Shown here in pieces: positions 1-8,111 of a DNA stretch of 64,000 nt. The DNA comes from an uncultured Ignavibacteriales bacterium. GTDB taxonomy: Bacteria > Bacteroidota > Ignavibacteria > Tepidaquicellales > OLB5. The first letter of the stretch is position 1, and the number at the start of each line of letters is the position of its first letter. The notes beneath the pieces are model-generated. The model saw nothing but the letters and a program-made list of their open reading frames with translations, did not search any database and was not told the DNA's origin. A program made the translations under genes and the position numbers. Location: assembly GCA_964461265.1 (NCBI GenBank), contig CAYWTS010000002.1:141030-205029 (forward strand), in the 5' to 3' direction.

Positions 1-1147
1 GTTCAATTGAATCGCCGCTTCCCACCACAACAGCACGTTCAATTGCATTTTCAAGTTCTCTTACGTTGCCTTTCCATTCATAATCCATTAAAAAATTCAT
101 AGCTTCATATGAAATATCTTTGACATTTTTGTTCATAGCAGTACTGTATTTATTAAGAAAGTGATAAGCCAGCGGTGCAATATCTTTACGTCTTTCCCTG
201 AGCGGGGGTATGAAAATCGAAAAAACGTTTAATCTGTAATAAAGATCTTCCCTGAATTTCCCCTCCTTAACAAGTTCCTCCAATGCTTCATTCGTTGCTG
301 CAATCACCCTGAAATCACTTGTTATCATATCATTACCACCCACACGGCAGAATTTTTTAGTTTCAATAATTCTAAGTAGCTCAACCTGCATTTTAGCTGA
401 AATTGTACCAATTTCATCCAGAAAAATTGTACCGCCGTTTGCCATTTCAAATTTACCTTTTCTTCTGTAATTGGCTCCGGTAAAAGCACCTTTTTCATGT
501 CCAAAAAACTCGCTCTCAAGAAGCGATTCAGCAATTGCTCCGCAGTTTACCGTTACTATCGGAAAATATTTTCGTTTTGAGTTTAAGTGAATTGCTTTGG
601 CAACAAGCTCTTTCCCGGTACCGCTTTCTCCTCTTATCATCACTGTTGTATCGGTTGGTGCTACCGTTGAAATAAGTTCGAATATTTTACGCATCTCTTC
701 ACTCTCGCCTATCAGGTTTTCTGGAATAATCATTTGCTCAATCTTGTTTTTTAACATGTAATTTTCATCTTTCAGTGATTTTTGCTCTATCGCATTTTTT
801 ACAAGATTGTTTAGTTCATCCGGGTCTACCGGTTTTGTCACATAATCATATGCACCTTCTTTCAATGCCTGAATAGCTGTTGGTACCGATGCAAATGCGG
901 TTATAAGAATTACTATGCTTTCTTTATCGATTTCCTTGATTTTTGATAACAGTTCGATTCCGCTCATACCGGGCATTTTCATATCAAGGAGTATAAGATC
1001 ATATTTCCCCTTTTCAAATTTCTTTAACGCATCAATTGCATCTTCAGCAGTATCAACCGAATATCCTTCATCTTCGAACCAGTGAAATAATGATTCTCTG
1101 ACAATTTTCTCGTCGTCTACGACAAGTATTTTATGTTTTTTGTGCAT
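1..1147 (-). CDS. sigma-54-dependent response regulator (NtrC/AtoC class); C-terminal part lies beyond the window edge
   Basis: Not in the ORF track because no stop lies inside the window. My minus-strand translation from ATG 1147..1145 gives MHKKHKILVVDDE..., a receiver domain (LILLDMKMPGMSG), Walker A GESGTGKE and the GAFTGA loop (FFGHEKGAFTGA, about 470-510). The start overlaps the stop of the upstream kinase by 17 nt. Confidence 0.9.
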   Translation of the reverse strand, partial: MHKKHKILVVDDEKIVRESLFHWFEDEGYSVDTAEDAIDALKKFEKGKYDLILLDMKMPGMSGIELLSKIKEIDKESIVILITAFASVPTAIQALKEGAYDYVTKPVDPDELNNLVKNAIEQKSLKDENYMLKNKIEQMIIPENLIGESEEMRKIFELISTVAPTDTTVMIRGESGTGKELVAKAIHLNSKRKYFPIVTVNCGAIAESLLESEFFGHEKGAFTGANYRRKGKFEMANGGTIFLDEIGTISAKMQVELLRIIETKKFCRVGGNDMITSDFRVIAATNEALEELVKEGKFREDLYYRLNVFSIFIPPLRERRKDIAPLAYHFLNKYSTAMNKNVKDISYEAMNFLMDYEWKGNVRELENAIERAVVVGSGDSIE

Positions 1148-2744
1148 TTATGGAGTTATTGTTTAAATTTACGGGAAGGCTTATTTTAAAAGTTGTCCCT
1201 TTAACCGATGTTTCTTCTACTTCAATCTTTCCTTTATGCTGATTAACAATACCATATACAATCGATAAACCCAGACCTGTACCTCTTGATATTTCCTTGG
1301 TTGTGTAGAACGGTTCGAAAATATAAGGCACATCTTTATCTGATATTCCCATTCCGCAATCAGAAATCCGTATTACAGCTTTATTGTCTTCTTTTGTAAG
1401 TTTTATGGTAATTTTACCTTCATTTTTTCCGCTCATCGATTCTATAGCATTTATCAGTATCGATATCAGCATCTGCTGAATTTTCTGAGGATTACATTTT
1501 ATAGTTATGTCCAGAGTATTAAATATTTTTTCGAGCTTAATATTGTTAATTTCAAAATGATGGTTAATTAACGAGATGCTTTTTTCCACCAGACTGATCA
1601 AATCCGATTCAACTAATTCCTCACTGTCATAATGCGAAAATAAAAGCAGGTCTTTAACAATTTTCCCGCACCGCGATGCTTCGTCGGATATCATTTGTGT
1701 GTATTGAATTAACTTAGCATACCCGTCTTTATTTTCTAATGTTAATTTTTTTGATATTAATTTGCTGAAATTAAGAATACCTTCAAGAGGATTATTAAGC
1801 TCGTGGGCAACTGTAGCTGATAGTTTCCCGAGTGATGCAAGTTTTTCGATTTGAATAATCTGTTCGTATATATTTTTTAATTCCCGGGTTTTCTCCTCTA
1901 CTTTTTCATTTAATGTTTCAGACCAGTCTTTTATTTCCTGGTAAGCTTGTGAGAGTTTTCGGGACATATCATTGAACTGGTATGCTATAATACCGAATTC
2001 ATTCTTGTTCTTTATGTGAACCCTGTAATTCAGATTCCCTTTAGCAAGCTCATCTATAGCTTTTTCGAACTTTTTAAGCGGTTTGTTAACAAGATAGAAA
2101 ATAAATATACCGCTAAGTGCGGAAATTAAAATTGTTATTATCACAGAATTAACTACAATATTTCTTGTCCCTATCGCAATAGTTTCATCCGCACTTTTCA
2201 TAGATACTAAAACATCCAATACACCTACCAATTCTTCTGTGCTTTTATGTGCATGGCAGCTCGATGTATAACAATCTGTTTCGTTTCTTATAGGATTTAT
2301 TAATCCAAGAACTCTTTCATTTTCCATCAGAAATGTTCTTGTATTATCGTCTGCATTAACTTTTGGTTTCGCATCAAGTGAATGGTGGCACCCTATGCAC
2401 GCTTCGGAGCTTTTATCCATTTTCTTTCCTATTTCAGCCGAATCACTTGAATATGCAATAACGCCCATTTTATTATATATACGAATTTTCTTTATCCCGG
2501 GTTCGTTTCCGAGTGTTCTTGTAGTCTGTGCAAGGTCTTCACGCCTGTTTAAAAGCATGCTGTAACGTGTGGAACGCTTAATTATATCGCTGGTAGCGTA
2601 TGCACCCGACTTTGTGATGTTAATGAGGTTATCTTTGAAAAAACCGATTGTCAAGTATGTATGGACCGATAAAGCTGCAATTAAGACAAGGGAAGTTATT
2701 ATTACAAGTTTAATGCTGAGTTTATTATATATACGGGCTTTCAT
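1131..2744 (-). CDS. sensor histidine kinase (TM - periplasmic domain with CXXCH and CX4CH - TM - HAMP - HisKA - HATPase_c)
   Basis: 537-aa ORF. Two hydrophobic segments (aa 10-32 and 196-220) flank a ~165-aa loop containing CIGCH (aa 116-120) and CYTSSCH (aa 158-164). H-box SATVAHELNNP; G2 box GTGLGLSIVYG. Confidence 0.9.
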   Translation of the reverse strand: MKARIYNKLSIKLVIITSLVLIAALSVHTYLTIGFFKDNLINITKSGAYATSDIIKRSTRYSMLLNRREDLAQTTRTLGNEPGIKKIRIYNKMGVIAYSSDSAEIGKKMDKSSEACIGCHHSLDAKPKVNADDNTRTFLMENERVLGLINPIRNETDCYTSSCHAHKSTEELVGVLDVLVSMKSADETIAIGTRNIVVNSVIITILISALSGIFIFYLVNKPLKKFEKAIDELAKGNLNYRVHIKNKNEFGIIAYQFNDMSRKLSQAYQEIKDWSETLNEKVEEKTRELKNIYEQIIQIEKLASLGKLSATVAHELNNPLEGILNFSKLISKKLTLENKDGYAKLIQYTQMISDEASRCGKIVKDLLLFSHYDSEELVESDLISLVEKSISLINHHFEINNIKLEKIFNTLDITIKCNPQKIQQMLISILINAIESMSGKNEGKITIKLTKEDNKAVIRISDCGMGISDKDVPYIFEPFYTTKEISRGTGLGLSIVYGIVNQHKGKIEVEETSVKGTTFKISLPVNLNNNSINAQKT

Positions 2745-2837
2745 TCTTTAACTCCGGTTCCAATATTCAAATTATCCAAGAGATCTTAGAATTTCAATTT
2801 AATAATTTTTACTGTATTAAATATCTAAGTACATATA

Positions 2838-2872
2838 TAATAAAAATCAGGGTTTCTTCTTGTGAAACCCTG
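2838..2872 (-). terminator. rho-independent terminator candidate after the GcvH-like gene pair
   Basis: Perfect 9-bp stem CAGGGTTTC/GAAACCCTG (2848-2872). On the minus strand it is followed by ATTTTTATTAT. It lies between the 2951 stop and the kinase start. Confidence 0.6.
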
Positions 2873-2950
2873 AAAATTATCATTTCTGTCTTAACGGTTT
2901 TACCGAAATATCAGAAATCTTTTTAAATGTATAAACTTAAACCATGCTCA

Positions 2951-3655
2951 TTAAGAAAATAACTTTTCCAATAATTTTTTATACGTGTTGTTTCCCAAGA
3001 TTTCACCCCATTTTTCAATTATGGCTCCTCCGTCGTACAAAGTGTCACCAACTTCATCTGAAGTCTTCATCAGATTTTTCAGATATATCCTGGTCTCATG
3101 CAGTTTTTCGAAATAATCTTTTTTGTTTATTGAATTGCTAAGAATTTCATGTCTGTCAGCTTCTATTATCGCAAACCAGTGTGAGTCGTTTGAGTAAATA
3201 TTCTTAATATCAAGCTTTTCTATAAAATTAAAACTGAAAGGGGATAATACATTTATTTCCCCCCAGCCATTACTTATGTTCAATAGCAGCTCATGCTTTT
3301 TTACACTTATGTTTTTGGAACTATACTTTAACTGGCTGTGCTTGTCAATGAATTTTACTATAAAAGGCTCAAGACCTAGATAATAGTTATTTGCAAGAAA
3401 ATTTCTAACCATTACTCCGCTGTTGAAGTGATAAAATGGATGAGTAAACGAAACCGAATGCTGGCCCCGCTCAAACAAATTTTCAATTTCTTCTTGTATG
3501 CTTCCCTTCGATTTCATCTTCGATAACATTTGCTTATCGAAATCACAGACTTCACATTCGAAATTTTTGTCACAAATTTTGTAATCAATAGCACCACATT
3601 TCATCCAAAGGCATTTTATATCATCGAAGCTCGTATATTTCTCTTTTTCAGTCAT
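2951..3655 (-). CDS. hypothetical protein: N-terminal 5-Cys cluster + GcvH-like fold + C-terminal YDGG motif
   Basis: 234-aa ORF. Cys cluster C-x4-C-x7-C-x5-C-x2-C (CLWMKCGAIDYKICDKNFECEVC). The central segment (HPFYHFNSGVMV...YYLGLEPF...VLSPFSF...HWFAIIE) follows the GcvH pattern. The C-terminal TLYDGGAIIE is shared with the upstream paralog. Overlaps that gene by 8 nt. Confidence 0.6.
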   Translation of the reverse strand: MTEKEKYTSFDDIKCLWMKCGAIDYKICDKNFECEVCDFDKQMLSKMKSKGSIQEEIENLFERGQHSVSFTHPFYHFNSGVMVRNFLANNYYLGLEPFIVKFIDKHSQLKYSSKNISVKKHELLLNISNGWGEINVLSPFSFNFIEKLDIKNIYSNDSHWFAIIEADRHEILSNSINKKDYFEKLHETRIYLKNLMKTSDEVGDTLYDGGAIIEKWGEILGNNTYKKLLEKLFS

Positions 3656-4304
3656 AATTCCCGCTCAGAAATTGTTCCTCGAAATCGGGAATTGCGTTGG
3701 GGCTGACTGATGAAAGTACTCCTTCAATAATGTTCCCGCCGTCATACATAGTTACACCAACTGCTTCGGGCGAGAAAGAAATCTCTGCGAGGAAATCTTT
3801 TAGTCTTTTCATCTCTTTTTTCAGCCAGTACTGTGCCTGTTTACCTGACAATAAGCTTTCATCTCCATTTTCGTTCTCTATAATTAAGCCCCAGTCTTTA
3901 CCGTAAGCGTCTTTTACTGAATTATTGAAAAGAAGATTGTTAATTGCTCTTATAGTGCCGTTAACAGGAGACCTGAAATTTATTTGCCGGCCATGCACTT
4001 CAGCTTTTATTATAGCATCACCTTTTCTGACGGAAGCCCCCGGATTTAATATATACTTAATAAAAATATTGCCTAGCGATTTAACAGTAAAATTATCAAT
4101 TCCAACTTTTAGTGCTTTATCCTCCGGGTAAACCCAAGTGTGATATTTTGAAATTAAATATCCTTTCGGTGCATATACACTGGTTTTATTAAAAACAGGT
4201 ACGTCAGAAACCGAGTTAGAATGTACAGCTTTTCGTTGTTTAGCAATTACAAGCTCTATTAATAAAGCAATAATTAATGTTAATATTACAAAAAAGATAA
4301 CCAT
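3648..4304 (-). CDS. membrane-anchored GcvH-like protein (no lipoyl-lysine)
   Basis: 218-aa ORF with an N-terminal TM helix. YHTWVYPEDKALKVGIDNFTVKSLGNI...GDAIIKAEVHGRQINFRSPVNGTI...DAYGKDWGLIIE matches the GcvH layout (HxWV...VGIT...SP.sG...PYg.GW). HGR sits where the lipoyl-Lys motif (VESVKA) would be. Confidence 0.65.
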   Translation of the reverse strand: MVIFFVILTLIIALLIELVIAKQRKAVHSNSVSDVPVFNKTSVYAPKGYLISKYHTWVYPEDKALKVGIDNFTVKSLGNIFIKYILNPGASVRKGDAIIKAEVHGRQINFRSPVNGTIRAINNLLFNNSVKDAYGKDWGLIIENENGDESLLSGKQAQYWLKKEMKRLKDFLAEISFSPEAVGVTMYDGGNIIEGVLSSVSPNAIPDFEEQFLSGNYD

Positions 4305-4341
4305 TTTATTCTCCTTTCATATTTCTGTTTAAAATATATAC

Positions 4342-4357
4342 TGCAAATATTACACCA
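4342..4357 (-). promoter_or_regulatory. sigma-54 (-24/-12) promoter candidate
   Basis: Minus strand reads TGGTGTAATATTTGCA, against consensus TGGCACG-N4-TTGCA. The invariant GG and GC are present with exact 10-nt spacing, 37 nt upstream of the 4304 start codon. Confidence 0.55.
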
Positions 4358-4737
4358 AGTTTTTGAATAGATTGTAATAAATAATAAGTTGATTTATCAG
4401 CAATTTAAAATTGATACAAAGTTAAAAAAAAATGACAAAAAAAAGAGAAATGTATAAATATTATACATTAATAAATAGATAGTGTCTATAATAATAAAAT
4501 ATCAGGGTTTAAACTGTCTAAATATTTTACATATCTCTGTATAATAATTAAACATAAAATTTAAGTAAAAGAAGAAATCTCTCAGCTTATTAAAAAATTA
4601 AAAATGCGGAGAGTGTAATTTTCACCTCTGTTTAAAAAGAAGAATATTGAATATTAATATCTTTCAAAAACTAAGGCAGTATTGTATTTATCAGTTCATT
4701 GAGAGTAAGTAAGCTATTAATTAAATTTGGAAAAATT

Positions 4738-4822
4738 GGACAGGTAGCTTCCCGGGTACTCGGGAGTAGAGCAATCCGCCAGTTGGCGTAAATAATCCCG
4801 TCTTTGTCGGGTTTCGATTCCG
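4738..4822 (+). pseudogene. degenerate tRNA-Phe-like copy (non-functional)
   Basis: Shares GGACAGGTAGCT, GTAGAGCAA and GGTTTCGATTCCG blocks with the tRNA-Phe 170 nt downstream. It carries a TCCCG/CGGGA hairpin inserted in the D-loop, has no 7-nt anticodon loop and no 3' acceptor strand complementary to GGACAGG. Confidence 0.5.
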
Positions 4823-4843
4823 TAAAAAAATATAAGGATGAAA

Positions 4844-4865
4844 TTGTTAACAGTTCTGTTAACAA
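4844..4865. repeat. perfect 10-bp inverted repeat TTGTTAACAG-TT-CTGTTAACAA
   Basis: Read directly from the sequence. Lies between the tRNA-like remnant and tRNA-Phe. Confidence 0.8.
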
Positions 4866-4908
4866 CAGAAAAAGCAGGAATTGATAAATTATTGTTTACA
4901 TTACTTTT

Positions 4909-4981
4909 GGACAGGTAGCTCAGTTGGTAGAGCAACGGCCTGAAAAGCCGTGTGTCGCCGGTTCGATTCCGGCCCTGTCCA
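4909..4981 (+). tRNA. tRNA-Phe (anticodon GAA)
   Basis: 73 nt with a full cloverleaf: acceptor GGACAGG/CCTGTCC, D-arm GCTCAGTTGGTAGAGC, anticodon loop CTGAAAA, T-arm GCCGGTTCGATTCCGGC. CCA is not encoded. Confidence 0.95.
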
Positions 4982-5115
4982 CAAAAAAAGGTGCCCTAAT
5001 GCACTTTTTTCATTTTAACCATTCTGTAATAATAAATACTCTTTGTAATTTACTACACTTATCTTTTCTATGTAATACACGACTTGCCTTTATACACCAA
5101 AAATCCCCTGTCTCC

Positions 5116-5972
5116 TTAAAGCCACATGCTTTCCAACATTTTTGCCATGCTATGTTTAAATGTAGACGTGCTTATTATTTCAGTAAAACAATATTTTTGT
5201 TTCTTTCCTATAATGAGGTCAATTTCCGAGCCATTACTCATTCTCAGGTAGTATAGTTACGGTTTTATTCCCCAATTGTGTTTTCGCTTTTATACTTCCG
5301 AAATTATGCAATTCTCAAAAATATAATCTGCAGAAGGGTTTTTTAATATAATCTGTTTTATTCTCAATTTCGAGAAGGAAAGAATCAAGTCCTATATCTG
5401 TAAAAATAGAGTTTTAGTCTTTTTAATTATTCTCTTTTTAATATTTTTTAATAAAAACGGAAGGAGGAAAATTACAAATAATGCTTCTAGAATTGAAATC
5501 CATTTTTAACAGCATTAACCGCTGCTCCAAGTTCCTTTGATATTTGCGTTAAGCCGAGTATTTGCCCTGTTCTTGCCTCTAACAACTTAAAAAAAACGAG
5601 AATTCACGTAAGTTATTAATAGCAGAAAGAGTTCTTACATCTCATTCGATATATGAGTTAATATAATTCGCTTACCAAATTGCAGTATCTTTGTATTTTA
5701 GCTGCGAAAGTTCAAGATAGCATCTAATCTAAACAGAACATTCTTTATACATATCTGGAATTTCGGAATATTCAAATGGCGAAGTGAAAGCAACCCGATT
5801 CTTCCGGCAAAACTCACGGTGTTTTTTTTCATGAAATGAAACTGCGAATAACCTGTTAATATTAAATTTCATATTTTTGCCCGTTGTTTTCAACGACAAT
5901 TTTAATGTAATTGAATAATTCGAGAACATACTTAACTTCATCAAAAATTACGTAACGGGAATAAGTCTCCAT
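5116..5972 (-). pseudogene. decayed AAA_14/DUF4143-family ATPase gene (multiple frameshifts and stops)
   Basis: Minus-strand fragments in different frames: RYVIFDEVKYVLELFNYIKIVVENNGQK (AAA_14-like), NRVAFTSPFEYSEI, LLEARTGQILGLTQISKELGAAVNAVKNG (DUF4143-like HTH), ADYIFENCIISEV, GSEIDLIIGKK. No intact ORF spans them. Confidence 0.6.
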
Positions 5973-6180
5973 ATAACCCTGCGGGGTTTCTATGGAAAAA
6001 ATCGATAACAATAATAGAGTATAATCCAAAGTTCAAAAATTACAATTATATTCTTTTTCGGGGGATTAAACTTGCTGTAAAAGCCCTGCCTGCTGCCTGT
6101 CTCGTGCAGGCAGGTTGAGGGGGCTTTGACTATATTTCAAAATTTAGCTAATTTTGTAAATTAATTAAGAATTTCCGGTT

Positions 6181-6471
6181 ATGACGGGTGAAAAAAACAA
6201 TAAAAATGAGGAAAAAAGCCCGTCTGAATTAGAACAAATCTCTAAATCTTACCGGACCGGCTGGGCTTATGCTGAGCTTGCTTTCCAGTACGGTATTGCC
6301 ATTATTTTATGCACGCTGATTGGATTCTGGCTTGATAACTGGCTTGATACAGGACATGTTTTAATGATTACGGGAGTTGTGATTGGCACTGTGTTTGGAT
6401 TTATCGGGCTTCTCAAATCTCTAAACCAGCTTAATAAAAAAAATTCAGGAAATAAGCAGAAAAATGGCTGA
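6181..6471 (+). CDS. AtpZ/ATPase_gene1-like small membrane protein (ATP synthase operon leader gene)
   Basis: 96 aa with two TM helices. GIAIILCTLIGFWLDNWLDTGHVLMITGVVIGTVFGF resembles the AtpZ family. First gene of the atp operon. Confidence 0.65.
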   Translation: MTGEKNNKNEEKSPSELEQISKSYRTGWAYAELAFQYGIAIILCTLIGFWLDNWLDTGHVLMITGVVIGTVFGFIGLLKSLNQLNKKNSGNKQKNG

Positions 6472-6889
6472 AAAGTCGGAAAATAATTTTTTAAAAACGC
6501 TGATGATAATTTCACTGGCAGCAATAGTTATTTCTATTTTCCCGCTTGTAAGCTATTCATCCTCTAAACAGGCACTTTCGTTAATAATCGGATTTGTTAT
6601 CAGCCTTGCAAACGCAGTTGCAGGTTACGTGATAATAGAAAGAGCATTTAATAAAAATATCAAGATATTTATGACAATGATTTTCGGCTCTATGGCTGCC
6701 AGAATGATGGCTATTGCAATAATTATGCTTTTAATTGTATTTCTTACTAAACTTGATTTCATTTATCTTGTCGCTTCATTAATGTTTTTTTACTTCCTGT
6801 TCACCGGTATTGAAATTTACTACCTGCAGAAGAAGAACAGGAAAAATGATAATATAAAATATAACACAGCAGCAGCGAATACCAGATGA
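6464..6889 (+). CDS. atpI: ATP synthase protein I-like membrane protein
   Basis: 141 aa with about 4 TM helices. Positioned immediately before atpB with 4-nt and 8-nt overlaps to its neighbours. Confidence 0.5.
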   Translation: MAEKSENNFLKTLMIISLAAIVISIFPLVSYSSSKQALSLIIGFVISLANAVAGYVIIERAFNKNIKIFMTMIFGSMAARMMAIAIIMLLIVFLTKLDFIYLVASLMFFYFLFTGIEIYYLQKKNRKNDNIKYNTAAANTR

Positions 6890-7707
6890 TTTTTTCAGCA
6901 GCCTTAAAAAATACGGTTCCCGATACGCTTAAACAGGTTGGGCATGAAGAAGATAACTGGATTATACACCATATATTAGACCAGCCACTTATTAATATAC
7001 CTCCCATTCAAATCGGCGGTATTACGCTCGACTTATCAATTTCAAAAAATGTTCTGATGATGATGGTAACAGCAGTACTGCTGATATCTATCCTCACACT
7101 TGCGGCAAGAAGCAATGCAAAGAACCGCGCACCGAAAGGATTTGGTAATCTTGTAGAAATGATAATTGTCTTTCTGCGTGATGAGGTCGTTATCCCCTCA
7201 ATGGGCAAAGCAGGTATTAAGTTCCTGCCGTTTTTCTTCACGCTGTTTTTTTTCATACTCACATGTAATTTTCTTGGAATGGTTCCGTTTATGTCAACAG
7301 CTACGGGAAGTGTTAGCATAACCGCCGGACTGGCAATTATTACTTTTATTATGACACAGGCACAGGGCATCAGGAATAACGGATTATTAGGTTACTTTAA
7401 GGGATTGATACCACCCGGAGTCCCGGTTTTTGTTTTACCGGTTATGATAATAGTTGAGTTTTTGGGATTGCTTACAAAACCTTTTGCATTGTGTATTCGT
7501 CTTTTTGCTAATATGACTGCGGGGCACGTGGTTATTCTTGCATTAATAGGATTAATATTTTCTCTTGGATACGCTGCAACACCTGTATCGATAGTATTTG
7601 CGCTTTTTATATATGTACTTGAAATTTTAGTAGGTCTTTTACAGGCATTTATTTTTACTATGCTGTCAGCTTTATTTATTGGTATGGCAGTTCATCAGGA
7701 ACATTGA
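6886..7707 (+). CDS. atpB: F0F1 ATP synthase subunit a
   Basis: 273 aa, polytopic. Conserved Arg motif CIRLFANMTAGH. Confidence 0.92.
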   Translation: MIFSAALKNTVPDTLKQVGHEEDNWIIHHILDQPLINIPPIQIGGITLDLSISKNVLMMMVTAVLLISILTLAARSNAKNRAPKGFGNLVEMIIVFLRDEVVIPSMGKAGIKFLPFFFTLFFFILTCNFLGMVPFMSTATGSVSITAGLAIITFIMTQAQGIRNNGLLGYFKGLIPPGVPVFVLPVMIIVEFLGLLTKPFALCIRLFANMTAGHVVILALIGLIFSLGYAATPVSIVFALFIYVLEILVGLLQAFIFTMLSALFIGMAVHQEH

Positions 7708-7714
7708 TATTAGA

Positions 7715-7747
7715 AGTCGTACCACGACTTCAAGTCGTGGCACGACT
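7715..7747 (+). repeat. alternating AGTCGT/ACGACT hairpin array between atpB and atpE
   Basis: AGTCGT-ACC-ACGACT-TCA-AGTCGT-GGC-ACGACT. It can fold as two 6-bp hairpins or as one central 9-bp hairpin CCACGACTT/AAGTCGTGG. The core recurs at 52568-52587. Confidence 0.7.
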
Positions 7748-7772
7748 ATTAATAAATTAATTAATTATTTGA

Positions 7773-8006
<234 letters not shown>

Positions 8007-8111
8007 TTCATTAACGCATTTTAATACAGTTACATTTCAAAAAAAATTATATTAACTTAAGGTTTGGGGTTTGATAAGTCAAACCTCAAACAAAATTTAA
8101 AAATATTAATT

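Noticed and set aside
325-534. 69-aa minus-strand ORF from the track.
   Set aside because: It is an alternative frame inside the sigma-54 response regulator gene. The real frame there encodes the GAFTGA region.
4924-5256. 110-aa plus-strand ORF.
   Set aside because: It starts inside tRNA-Phe and runs antisense over the decayed ATPase pseudogene. It has no coding features.
8064-8111. TTG start for atpF given in the ORF track.
   Set aside because: The extension adds 16 residues (MGFDKSNLKQNLKILI) ahead of a good ATG that immediately precedes the TM helix. The ATG at 8112 is more plausible, though unproven.
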